Assembly (NCBI GenBank): GCA_963827685.1
Contig: CAWHBU010000006.1
Coordinates: 352,001-416,000, forward strand
Length of the DNA: 64,000 nucleotides
Source of the DNA: an uncultured delta proteobacterium
GTDB taxonomy: Bacteria; Desulfobacterota; BSN033; UBA1163
Direction of reading: 5' to 3'
In this document: in pieces, positions 1 to 7,771 of the stretch
Layout of the letters: each line of letters opens with the position of its first letter
Numbering within the stretch: position 1 is the first letter of the stretch
Translations under genes and position numbers: made by a program
Notes under the pieces: model-generated
Database searches by the model: none
Seen by the model: the letters and a program-made list of their open reading frames with translations, nothing else
Told to the model about the DNA's origin: nothing

Positions 1-52
1 AACCCAGATGTTCGGCAATCTCCTTCAATGTGCTATTGCAAGACTTGACCCC
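1..52. mobile_element. Partial copy (cut by the window edge) of the ~130-bp GGGGTCAGGTCTTGCAAT-ended miniature element
   Basis: Near-identical to the right-hand part of 3569-3696; ends ATTGCAAGACTTGACCCC; lies ~20 bp after the cupin stop codon, where an attC would be expected. Confidence 0.8.
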
Positions 53-71
53 GCGAGTTTCGGGCCGGGCT

Positions 72-434
72 CTATATTTCTTCAAATTCCTTTAATGTCT
101 TTTCAGTTATTACATCACCTGTATGTTTTATTTTGGATGATTCTAAAACCATCATCCACGTTTCCTCATCAGCAAATGGCCTATGCTTTTTGCCTTTTGG
201 AATGACCACTAATTCTCCTGGATTTATTTCAATGATTCCGTCTTCTAATTCGATTCTGAATTTACCTTTTATTATATAGAACAATTCATCTTCATCTTTA
301 TGGTCATGCCAAACCAATTCACCCTTGACTTTAACAATTTTCACATCATAGTTATCCACCCGACTAATTATTTTCGGGCTCCATAATTCATCAAATTTTC
401 TAAACTTATCTTCGAGGTTTATTACTTTTATCAT
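72..434 (-). CDS. Cupin-domain protein (mannose-6-phosphate isomerase-like), integron cassette gene
   Basis: Cupin motifs WHDHKDEDELFY and GELVVIPKGKKHRP; cassette begins at GTTATGC (463-457). Confidence 0.85.
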   Translation of the reverse strand: MIKVINLEDKFRKFDELWSPKIISRVDNYDVKIVKVKGELVWHDHKDEDELFYIIKGKFRIELEDGIIEINPGELVVIPKGKKHRPFADEETWMMVLESSKIKHTGDVITEKTLKEFEEI

Positions 435-456
435 ACTTTTCCTTTCATCTTATCGC

Positions 457-514
457 GCATAACGCGAAGATCAGCGGCACGGTTCACCGTGTCTGCTGGA
501 TATGACTGTTTGAT
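457..514 (-). other. attC site (58 bp)
   Basis: GCATAAC...TCAGCGGCACGG-TTCA-CCGTGTCTGCTGGA...GTTTGAT imperfect palindrome overlapping the HEPN gene stop; its R'' (AAATCAAAC) complements the cassette start GTTAGATTT at 1821-1813 with one mismatch. Confidence 0.85.
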
Positions 515-1803
515 TTAGTTTTTACCTTGTCTAATCTCTCCGCTTGCTCTTGGACTTGAGCAAGTGTTGTGTAGCCCCTATCTAAAAGAGAGACCATGGT
601 TATGATTACCCAAGCCACCATTAAAGAAAAATCTTCAAGTAATATTTGATCGATATGGGTATACTCAGCGCGATGAACAGCTTTTGATCTCAGTTTATAA
701 TAGTTCCTTATCTTGCTCTTTAATTGTTCATAATTGCCGTACTCTTCATATTTATACCCCCCAAAAACCAATATGGATGATATTCCACGAGCATTAAGTT
801 CTGTTATCTCTTTTTTGCTAAGGGTGAAAAAACATTCCACACAAGACCATAATTTAACCCAGGCCGATGGATGCGAGCGGTCTTTTTGAGCCTCGCCAAT
901 CCAGAATAGGGATTTAACAACAGCCTCCTCCAGTTCATTTCTTGTTTGTTTATCTACTAAGTTGGAAAGCTTTTCAAAAAAGCACACAGAGCTAAGGTAC
1001 TTCAATAGCTCTGGTTCTATTCTAAAATCTTGTTCAGACCTAAAATAACGAGTGAACAAAAGACTTTTTCCTGAGTCTCCCCATCCAAAGCTACTCGCAG
1101 GACCGTACGCATGTGCACAATTATTTATTAGACGTATGTTTATCTTGTGGATAGCGGGACCATATAGAGCGCAAGAATAGAGCCTTAGCACGGATAGCGA
1201 CAATTCGGCATTGTGGTAAAACTTTTCTTGTGCAACTGAACTACTACCTCTTTCAGTTCCAACAATAACCAAGCTGTTACTATATTCTTTCTTTATGGCG
1301 TCATTAATGCGATCACTGACATCGGTAATTCCAGAAATAAGCTTTTGGTCATATTCTCTTATTTCTTTTTTTCCGATAACAATGTTGTCTATCTTATCGA
1401 AAGAAAGACCATTCACCCTACAGACAAACGTATAATTGTCTATCTTTTTAGAAAGTAATATGTCCAGAGGATCTATAAACTCTGCATCATCTGGGATAAG
1501 ATTATCATTTAGCCACCGCTCGATTTCAGCGATCACTCCTTGAAATATATCGTTGTAATTTAGCACATCTCCATATTTTCTGGTCTGATGTATAAAATCG
1601 CATATCCTTCGTAAAGCAACTCTCCCATCTTTAGATAAATAGATCTCGTTCTTATTTACCTTGACCTTCGGGGAAAGGAATCCAATTTCCTTTATCTCGT
1701 CAATAGTTTTGGGAAAAGATTGACCTTTTAATGAAAATATTAGGTCAATATCTCTCTTGATTGATCTTTTTTGCTTTGGTGTTAATTCTTCGTGAAGAGT
1801 CAT
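484..1803 (-). CDS. HEPN-domain protein (ApeA-like), candidate defence RNase, integron cassette gene
   Basis: C-terminal RxxxxH motif (YKLRSKAVH) preceded by a LWSCVECFF helix; AT-rich; attC-bounded. Confidence 0.65.
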   Translation of the reverse strand: MTLHEELTPKQKRSIKRDIDLIFSLKGQSFPKTIDEIKEIGFLSPKVKVNKNEIYLSKDGRVALRRICDFIHQTRKYGDVLNYNDIFQGVIAEIERWLNDNLIPDDAEFIDPLDILLSKKIDNYTFVCRVNGLSFDKIDNIVIGKKEIREYDQKLISGITDVSDRINDAIKKEYSNSLVIVGTERGSSSVAQEKFYHNAELSLSVLRLYSCALYGPAIHKINIRLINNCAHAYGPASSFGWGDSGKSLLFTRYFRSEQDFRIEPELLKYLSSVCFFEKLSNLVDKQTRNELEEAVVKSLFWIGEAQKDRSHPSAWVKLWSCVECFFTLSKKEITELNARGISSILVFGGYKYEEYGNYEQLKSKIRNYYKLRSKAVHRAEYTHIDQILLEDFSLMVAWVIITMVSLLDRGYTTLAQVQEQAERLDKVKTKSNSHIQQTR

Positions 1804-1821
1804 TCTTATTAAAAATCTAAC

Positions 1822-1839
1822 GAGCCTGTAGAAAAAGTC
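1822..1839. repeat. 18-bp motif GAGCCTGTAGAAAAAGTC abutting a cassette GTT core (copy 1); possible IS terminal repeat
   Basis: Identical copy at 3523-3540; both directly follow TCTAAC. Confidence 0.6.
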
Positions 1840-1938
1840 ACTTTTTTAGAAACTGCTTCTTCTGCTGGATCAAAAATAGGAAATTATTTTCTCCCAGCGA
1901 GAGTTTTTGGATCTGGTAATGGGGTCTTCTGGTAAATT

Positions 1939-1989
1939 GGTCTGGTCTCAACTGTTTGCAGAGTTTTGGTGATTGTTGAGACCTGACCC
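1939..1989. mobile_element. 51-bp inverted-repeat element (GGTCTGGTCTCAAC...GTTGAGACCTGACCC), short member of the GGTCAGGTCT family
   Basis: 14-bp inverted repeat with one mismatch, sharing the AGACCTGACCC end with the other copies. Confidence 0.6.
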
Positions 1990-2000
1990 TTGGTCCCTTC

Positions 2001-2071
2001 GAACCGCCCGGTGCGGACCCGCACGCCGGGTGGTGTGGGGAGGGGCGGCTAAAAACCGTCCCTTACCCGAT
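2001..2071 (+). ncRNA. Group IIC(-attC) intron 3' remnant (domains V and VI)
   Basis: DV GAACCGCCCGGTGCGGACCCGCACGCCGGGTGGTGT with CCG triad, DVI ending CCCTTACCCGAT; antisense to the cassettes and joined to TAGCTC, i.e. inserted at GT|TAG of the Mrr cassette R'' site. Confidence 0.85.
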
Positions 2072-3036
2072 TAGCTCATGCGAATTCCATGTTCAACAAT
2101 AAGTTTTGCAAACTGTTCTCCATCAACCAGCTCAATTTTAATGCCTTTTTCTTCAAAGTATTTTTCGGCAGCAGAGGCTGCTTCAGGAGAAATGGCACCT
2201 GATGTAATGACCATCCCCAGATTTGCAGACTCAGCTTCAATTCCTTTAATCAGTTGCTCTACAACATCCTTACCGACAGCTGGTTCTGGTTGCCAATGTT
2301 TTGCCTGTATTGCAATGAGTTGACGGAATGCACCTGCCACACGAAATGTAACAAGTATGTCTGCTCCTTTGTCTTGGCTACGTGGAACAATTCTAGCATC
2401 TTCAGCCCCCAAACCGGTTAATACAGTTTGAATCAGTCTTTCAAAACCAAAGCTATCCATCCGCCCACTATGTAATTCGTTCAAAGTTTCCCTAATAAGA
2501 CGGGTTTGTAAATCGCTTTGAAACGTTGGCGTTTGACCCGATAACGCAATCTGAAGGCACTCCTTTATTTCTTCAAGCAGATCGGTCGCATAAGCACAAG
2601 TACCTTGTGTTTTCATACGAGAGATAAGTGCTGATTTTGCCAAATCACGACGAATTGATTTCTTATCGTTGAGCCATCTGACTGGCCTCCTGTAGGCTGT
2701 GTCATCATCGATCTTATTTGAATCGTATATTGCTGGACCTTCAATTTCTGCAACATAGAACTCAGACCAATAAGGGACAACAACAAGATCTCCCTTATTC
2801 ATCTCCCGAATAAAACGCCACATGTGGCCAGCAGCAGCCCCTGCTTTGCGCAATGTATCTTCACTGGCATAGTAAGTATTCCTTATAATTTCTCGAAATT
2901 GTTCCCATGTCAAATTTGTATCAAGCAGGCCTTCTGCTAATGACCACCCGATTATTATCTGGTTTTCGGTCAATGCCTCTGGTACTCTGTCGATGCCGCT
3001 TGGGGCAATCCGCAAAATAAATGCTTGTTGGTTCAT
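2071..3036 (-). CDS. Mrr-like (type IV) restriction endonuclease, integron cassette gene
   Basis: FERLIQTVL...DKGADI...IQAKHW Mrr_cat motif; N-terminal IGW...GDLVVVP...RRPVRW domain. Confidence 0.85.
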   Translation of the reverse strand: MNQQAFILRIAPSGIDRVPEALTENQIIIGWSLAEGLLDTNLTWEQFREIIRNTYYASEDTLRKAGAAAGHMWRFIREMNKGDLVVVPYWSEFYVAEIEGPAIYDSNKIDDDTAYRRPVRWLNDKKSIRRDLAKSALISRMKTQGTCAYATDLLEEIKECLQIALSGQTPTFQSDLQTRLIRETLNELHSGRMDSFGFERLIQTVLTGLGAEDARIVPRSQDKGADILVTFRVAGAFRQLIAIQAKHWQPEPAVGKDVVEQLIKGIEAESANLGMVITSGAISPEAASAAEKYFEEKGIKIELVDGEQFAKLIVEHGIRMS

Positions 3037-3047
3037 TTGTTACTCTG

Positions 3048-3136
3048 AGCTAACGTCCTTGGCTGACCCGCTGGGGCAGTGAATAACCTCTAGCCAACCG
3101 AGCTATCACCAGTCGGTGTCAAGCCGGTTGTTAGAT
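3048..3136 (-). other. attC site (89 bp)
   Basis: AGCTAAC-GTCCTTGGCTGACCCGCTGG...CCAGTCGGTGTCAAGCCGGTT-GTTAGAT palindrome between two cassette genes. Confidence 0.85.
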
Positions 3137-3152
3137 GTTCTTAAGGACGTAA

Positions 3153-3488
3153 TTATGATTGATTTTTCGGATTATCAGTCACTAACCGTATCCACAATGG
3201 CCGACCTTTCTCGTCACGCTGCGTTGGATTGCGTGCGATTTCAAGAAATTCTTTCAGAAAATCTCCATGAAGAGGATGGAAAGGTGGTTCTTTTTGTTGT
3301 TGGTATTTTTGATATTCACGATCAATAGCTCCCGAAAATGCCTGCGCCATCTTGGGATCGTATTGCATGAGGAGTCGAAAAATTAAGAATTGGGAGGCAC
3401 CAATAGATCCGATTACTTTGGATAAGTGATTGATGGTTTTTTGTTGTGTTTGAATAATTTGGATCAGGTCAGCAGTAGGGTCTGTCAT
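3153..3488 (-). CDS. Hypothetical protein (~111 aa), integron cassette gene
   Basis: Start revised to ATG 3488 (AGGAG RBS upstream; cassette starts GTTAGAA at 3522); the longer ORF-track start runs into a repeat element. Confidence 0.7.
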   Translation of the reverse strand: MTDPTADLIQIIQTQQKTINHLSKVIGSIGASQFLIFRLLMQYDPKMAQAFSGAIDREYQKYQQQKEPPFHPLHGDFLKEFLEIARNPTQRDEKGRPLWIRLVTDNPKNQS

Positions 3489-3522
3489 GGGAATTCTCCT
3501 TTCTATGTTATTTACTTCTAAC

Positions 3523-3540
3523 GAGCCTGTAGAAAAAGTC
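3523..3540. repeat. 18-bp motif GAGCCTGTAGAAAAAGTC abutting a cassette GTT core (copy 2)
   Basis: Identical to 1822-1839. Confidence 0.6.
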
Positions 3541-3568
3541 TTTTGGACCAGTGAGAAGAAGGAAAAAA

Positions 3569-3696
3569 GGGTCAGGTCTTGCAATCATACATTTTCATAC
3601 CCGCTCCACCAATTTTATTGCCCGACTCATAGTAGCATAGTAGAAACCCAGATATTCGGCAATCTCCTTCAATGTGCTATTGCAAGACCTGACCCC
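3569..3696. mobile_element. 128-bp miniature element with GGGTCAGGTCTTGCAAT terminal inverted repeats, probably derived from an HUH/RAYT-type transposase gene end
   Basis: Perfect 17-bp TIR; minus strand encodes LKEIAEYLGFYYATMSRAIK, an HTH-like tail; homologous copies at 1-52 and 56639-56770. Confidence 0.8.
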
Positions 3697-3719
3697 GACA
3701 CTAGTGATAATTTTTGTAG

Positions 3720-3875
3720 TCCTAATTGGGCGCTGAGCTGCCACAGCGATTAACCTTTAAAATAGTGGACAGCGAAACGAGTTCCACGTAGATCGCTTTC
3801 ATAATATACTCAACCGTTGCAAGCCATGCTTAACGTACCGACGCTCATCTGGTCAGCTTGAGCGCCTGGTTAGCT
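3720..3875 (-). other. Long attC site (156 bp) with mutated R' core (ATT for GTT)
   Basis: TCCTAAT-TGGGCGCTGAGCTGCC...GGTCAGCTTGAGCGCCTG-GTTAGCT; R'' GTTGCCAGCTAAC perfectly complements the cassette start GTTAGCTGGCAAC at 4706-4694. Confidence 0.75.
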
Positions 3876-3909
3876 GGCAACTTGTTACCTATCTCCCCGT
3901 TCGCTCACT

Positions 3910-4662
3910 TTAATAAATAATATTGTTTTCGTATACAAATTCAGGATTTTGATTGTAAAACCATTGCAAAAACATTTCAGGATTACAAAAGTTTGGCAAA
4001 GATACATTTCGCTGAATCCAACCATTTCGAACATTTATTCCGCCCCAACATTGAAGTAATTCATTTCTAACATAATATTGGCGATTATTGCGGCGTTCCC
4101 CAATCGGTAATAAATATCTTAATCTTCCAGAGTTATTATGATTTGCGAAAATTACGATATCTGTATTTTGTGGATCTTGATAATTTGCCAATCTTGTGTG
4201 AGCGTTCTGATTACGTATATTTTCATGGACTGTATTTGCGAGAAGTACATTTTCAAATCTATACAATCCGAATATTGCGTAATTGAGTGATTGCTGTCTA
4301 TTATCAATCGGTGTAAAGCTCGCATAGAAGGCAATGAAGTTGTCTTGCGACCCTTCAAAATAAGTTAATATGCGTCTTGCTCTTTGACCAGAGTCGCCAT
4401 AGCTAAAGAATCGAAAATCTGGATCGAGATGGCAATTAGCCCCTTGTAGTCGAACTGGAAAAACGAATGTATCTTGTTGCGCAAAATCATAACAAGTTTC
4501 CTCAAACTCATTATAGGTTGTTTCAAATCCTGGCTCGAATATATCTGGATTCTCTCTTTTAGGTTGCATCGGGACGTAACAAAATGACCTATCATCAAAA
4601 CAGGGCGCATTCCAACCACCATACTTTTGATCAATGCCCACCCTAACCAATAATCCTCGCAT
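3910..4662 (-). CDS. Nmad3-like (nucleotide-modification-associated domain 3) protein, integron cassette gene
   Basis: N-terminal LLVRVGID..YGG..AP.F.D.SF.YVP and HLDPDF..SYGD motifs. Confidence 0.65.
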   Translation of the reverse strand: MRGLLVRVGIDQKYGGWNAPCFDDRSFCYVPMQPKRENPDIFEPGFETTYNEFEETCYDFAQQDTFVFPVRLQGANCHLDPDFRFFSYGDSGQRARRILTYFEGSQDNFIAFYASFTPIDNRQQSLNYAIFGLYRFENVLLANTVHENIRNQNAHTRLANYQDPQNTDIVIFANHNNSGRLRYLLPIGERRNNRQYYVRNELLQCWGGINVRNGWIQRNVSLPNFCNPEMFLQWFYNQNPEFVYENNIIY

Positions 4663-4699
4663 GATAAATTACTCTGTGTTTTTTGATAATTGTGTTGCC

Positions 4700-4788
4700 A
4701 GCTAACAGATATTAGACAGAAAAATTATATTGTAATAAAATAATTCTGCCTATTATTACATGCCTGATTCTTGTCTAACCTGTTAGGA
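4700..4788 (-). other. AT-rich attI-like recombination site (internal copy)
   Basis: Minus strand ends GTCTAATATCTGTTAGC; colinear with 7410-7498; the Nmad3 cassette starts exactly at its GTT. Confidence 0.6.
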
Positions 4789-4942
4789 GGGTCAGGTCTT
4801 TTATCTTGGTGCTATCCTTCTATCCTTTGGTCTGATGACATCACTTATTGTGGATGCGTGCCCGCATAGGTGTCGAGACGATTCCACTACACCAATACCC
4901 ATATTTCGTTAGCCCAAAATACCAAGACAAAAGACCTGACTC
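4789..4942. mobile_element. 154-bp element with 22-bp imperfect TIR (GGGTCAGGTCTTTTATCTTGGT / ACCAAGACAAAAGACCTGACTC)
   Basis: Shares the GGTCAGGTCT end with the other elements but has an unrelated interior; replaces the attC expected after the 4961 stop. Confidence 0.7.
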
Positions 4943-4960
4943 CCTTCCGCTCCCTGATGT

Positions 4961-5509
4961 TTATCCAAAATAATCTTTCATATTAAACTTACTGAGCCAG
5001 TCATACCGTGGTTTGGCAAATAATCTCATTGTTCGCTGGCTTTCATAGAGTTTGATGAGATCCTCCAAACGGTTTTGATAATAAGAGATCTCATGTGAGT
5101 CAGTTAATAAAAGTATTTGAGTTGCCCTTTTGTCTTCCAAGGCTATCCTGCAAAGCTCATTAAGAAAATTGAGCGACCTAATCTCTCGGTCAAGCAAGCC
5201 ATGCTCTATAGCATACATTGGTTCAGTTTGGCCCAAACGAATAAGAAGATAGCTGACCGAGTTTTGTTTGTCATGAATTTCATCGGCTATCTTAGGATGT
5301 TTTCTTATTTCTTCTTTGATTGTTTTCCAATAGTCTTTTCTTTCAAAAACCATCGCCTGATAGTTGTTGAGCAGAGTTAAAAAAGATTGATATTTTCGCT
5401 CTTTGAAATTTGCCTTAATTTCGGTAATGAAAACAATGAGTGCTACTATTAATCCTAACGTAGTAGCAATGTTTGCGATCGTTTGTATTGCACCGGGAAT
5501 TGTTCCCAT
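4961..5509 (-). CDS. Hypothetical protein with N-terminal transmembrane helix, integron cassette gene
   Basis: Hydrophobic segment IATTLGLIVALIVFI; start revised to ATG 5509. Confidence 0.7.
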   Translation of the reverse strand: MGTIPGAIQTIANIATTLGLIVALIVFITEIKANFKERKYQSFLTLLNNYQAMVFERKDYWKTIKEEIRKHPKIADEIHDKQNSVSYLLIRLGQTEPMYAIEHGLLDREIRSLNFLNELCRIALEDKRATQILLLTDSHEISYYQNRLEDLIKLYESQRTMRLFAKPRYDWLSKFNMKDYFG

Positions 5510-5563
5510 TTTTAACAACTCTTAACGGGTCTTAACTGACTATGATAGGTCCGTCATTGATTA

Positions 5564-5627
5564 GCATAACGCCTGCATCACCGGGAGGCCCGATTTTTGG
5601 CCGATCCGGTGCATGCGGCAGTTGGGC
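5564..5627 (-). other. attC site (64 bp)
   Basis: GCATAAC-GCCTGCATCACCGG...CCGGTGCATGCGGCA-GTTGGGC; R'' GCCCAAC complements the cassette start GTTGGGC at 6915-6909. Confidence 0.9.
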
Positions 5628-5630
5628 TAA

Positions 5631-6863
5631 TCATTTTGGATCCTCTGCTCCCGCTTGCTCGCCTTTTTCGGGCACGGACAAATTAGGAAGCCCTCGCGCT
5701 TTCCTTAGCTGGTTTATCAATACTGCGTTGCTGGATAGCAAAACTATCTCCACGTCAGCCACTGCCACGGCATAAAGCTGAAAGAACTGCTCCTGCAAAT
5801 GTCTGCCCAAGCTGCTTACTTCTGAGATAAAATCGGCAATATCCTCCCTGTATTTTTCTCTTGCTGCGGTGAGCACAGAGAAAACTAGTATGACCAGTAT
5901 TATCAGAGCACAGAAGAGTTCCGAATAGGAAAGAACTGTTGCCGCAACGCTCACCGGAGCTATTGCAGAAATGCTCGATGGGGTCAACTTGCCAAAACTA
6001 AAGCCCCAGAAACTCCAAAAAGAAAGGGTGTGGTTTGTCGTAAAACTGAGTACGTCAATTTTATATAAGGACCAGTATTCAAGGGCATAGATTAACGATG
6101 TCAACAGAACAGTCGCAAGCCAAGAAATCATCAGGTACAGGTCTGGTTTTCGACTCTTGGCAACTTTAAGGAGTTTCTCGCCGACAATTTCCACGCCTGA
6201 GTTCAAGAGATAGAACGTAAGGCATTGCTGCTCATAATCCTTTGTTCCTGGGTCGTATTTTTCTTTTTTCCACAACCCGTGTTGTCCACCCTCTAGCGCC
6301 ACGCGCACCTTCTTTACGAGATCACCCAATCCCTCGAAAATGCTCGATCGATAGGCTTTTCTCAGACTGCGATACAAATGCATAATGAGATATACGCCGA
6401 GCAAAACCATTGAAGGGATGAGAAGGTAGAAACTTGATGAAAGGACTATGCATATGGCAGAGAGGGCTGCTCCGGTCATGAGAGCAAACCTTGAGCGAAA
6501 AGAACGCAGCAGATCGTAAAGAGCCGGGGCAAATGCAATCGTCAATGCCCAGTTGCGGAAGAAGAGCTTTGGGATTCGCCAAAGAAGGAGAATGAGCGGA
6601 TAGCTAATTACATAAACGAAGAACCGGCGGAAAGGTTTCTTACCTATTCCTATCAGCACGACTGAGATCAGCACCAACAGTGCAAAAAACCTATAATTCA
6701 ACGTCCAGCGTAGAGATGGCAAATACTTCTCAAAAACGTAGACGTCAATATCAAATACAATTACCTTAACAACTATGAAGGACCATAGGATCATGGCGCT
6801 AATCTCTCGCAGCGTCTTCACGAGGCGGTGTTTCACAACAGCATCTTGGGTTTTGCTAGACAA
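5631..6863 (-). CDS. Multi-pass membrane protein with C-terminal two-TM/pore-loop (ion-channel-like) segment, integron cassette gene
   Basis: Many TM helices; TM - SFWSFWGFSFGKLT...IAPVS - TM pattern. Confidence 0.6.
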   Translation of the reverse strand: MSSKTQDAVVKHRLVKTLREISAMILWSFIVVKVIVFDIDVYVFEKYLPSLRWTLNYRFFALLVLISVVLIGIGKKPFRRFFVYVISYPLILLLWRIPKLFFRNWALTIAFAPALYDLLRSFRSRFALMTGAALSAICIVLSSSFYLLIPSMVLLGVYLIMHLYRSLRKAYRSSIFEGLGDLVKKVRVALEGGQHGLWKKEKYDPGTKDYEQQCLTFYLLNSGVEIVGEKLLKVAKSRKPDLYLMISWLATVLLTSLIYALEYWSLYKIDVLSFTTNHTLSFWSFWGFSFGKLTPSSISAIAPVSVAATVLSYSELFCALIILVILVFSVLTAAREKYREDIADFISEVSSLGRHLQEQFFQLYAVAVADVEIVLLSSNAVLINQLRKARGLPNLSVPEKGEQAGAEDPK

Positions 6864-6908
6864 GACCTAAGCTCCTATTCTTTACGGCCAGATAGAATCT
6901 GCTCCAAA

Positions 6909-6998
6909 GCCCAACGTTGGCCTTAACCAGCGCGGGTAACCACCAATGCGAAAAAAGCGTCAGGCTTATTCCGCGTCTGGTTGAAGGCGTTGTTAGCA
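6909..6998 (-). other. attC site (90 bp)
   Basis: GCCCAAC-GTTGGCCTTAACCAGCGCGG...CCGCGTCTGGTTGAAGGCGTT-GTTAGCA; R'' TTGCTAAC complements the cassette start GTTAGCAA at 7416-7409. Confidence 0.9.
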
Positions 6999-7011
6999 AA
7001 AAAATAAGGAT

Positions 7012-7350
7012 TTATAACCTATATAGACCTACGTTTTGATTACCGGGTGTGATATCTGTTCCATCATTCAGAATTATTTTGAGAGAAGATGTCTCAAGAA
7101 ATACTATCTCTATGCCAGAGATCATTTCGGCAGCATCTGATACGACGTTGGCAGCAGCGTAGTAATTACCTGAGCCCAAACCTGGAGCGCCGCGCTCAGC
7201 GATAACTCGGTCTCTTGTCGGTTGTGGCAGTTGTTCCAAAATTTGATAGGCTGTCAGATAGGAGCGACCACGTCCGCTGGAATTAACTTGCACGCTTCTT
7301 AGAACAGTTTCAACTTCCACTCTAATGTCTTTTGGCATGAGATTAGGCAT
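7012..7350 (-). CDS. Hypothetical protein (112 aa), first cassette of the array
   Basis: AAGGAG RBS; bounded by the attI-like site and an attC. Confidence 0.75.
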   Translation of the reverse strand: MPNLMPKDIRVEVETVLRSVQVNSSGRGRSYLTAYQILEQLPQPTRDRVIAERGAPGLGSGNYYAAANVVSDAAEMISGIEIVFLETSSLKIILNDGTDITPGNQNVGLYRL

Positions 7351-7409
7351 TTCCGAATTCTCCTTTTTTAAATTTCTTTCTTGATGTAGTATTCTCTATT
7401 TCATATCAT

Positions 7410-7498
7410 TGCTAACAGATATTAGACCTAAAAATAATATTATGATATAAAAAATCTACCTATTATACTATTCCTCAGTTTTGGATAACCTGTTAACA
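7410..7498 (-). other. AT-rich attI-like site at the head of the array; no adjacent integrase
   Basis: Minus strand ends GTCTAATATCTGTTAGC; the first cassette starts at its GTT; contains a TATAAT box oriented toward the cassettes. Confidence 0.65.
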
Positions 7499-7665
7499 TT
7501 TAAAGGGTTCCTATGGTAACAATCATGGATGTCCGCAATTCCTCCAAAGAGCCCTTTCTGCCCTATCTTACTCCTTTTGCTGTATGCTCCCATACTATCC
7601 ACTTTCACCCTATACGTCAATCTGCATCTTCACTCATACAAACGCAATAAATCCTTTGATATTGA

Positions 7666-7718
7666 CCCCTCACCCCCTCCCTCTCCCCTTGAATGGGAGA
7701 GGGAGGAAAGTGAAGGGG
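7666..7718. repeat. C-rich/G-rich palindromic intergenic repeat (REP-like)
   Basis: CCCTCTCCC...GGGAGAGGG hairpin; related palindrome at 62134-62225. Confidence 0.5.
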
Positions 7719-7771
7719 AACTAAGATGTCATTCGTGCTTCGGATCGATGAAAGGAGGGGGGATGATTTTC

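Noticed and set aside
457-7498. CRISPR array suggested by repeats separating unique sequence
   Set aside because: Repeats are divergent palindromes separated by whole genes (attC pattern); no constant spacer length and no cas genes.
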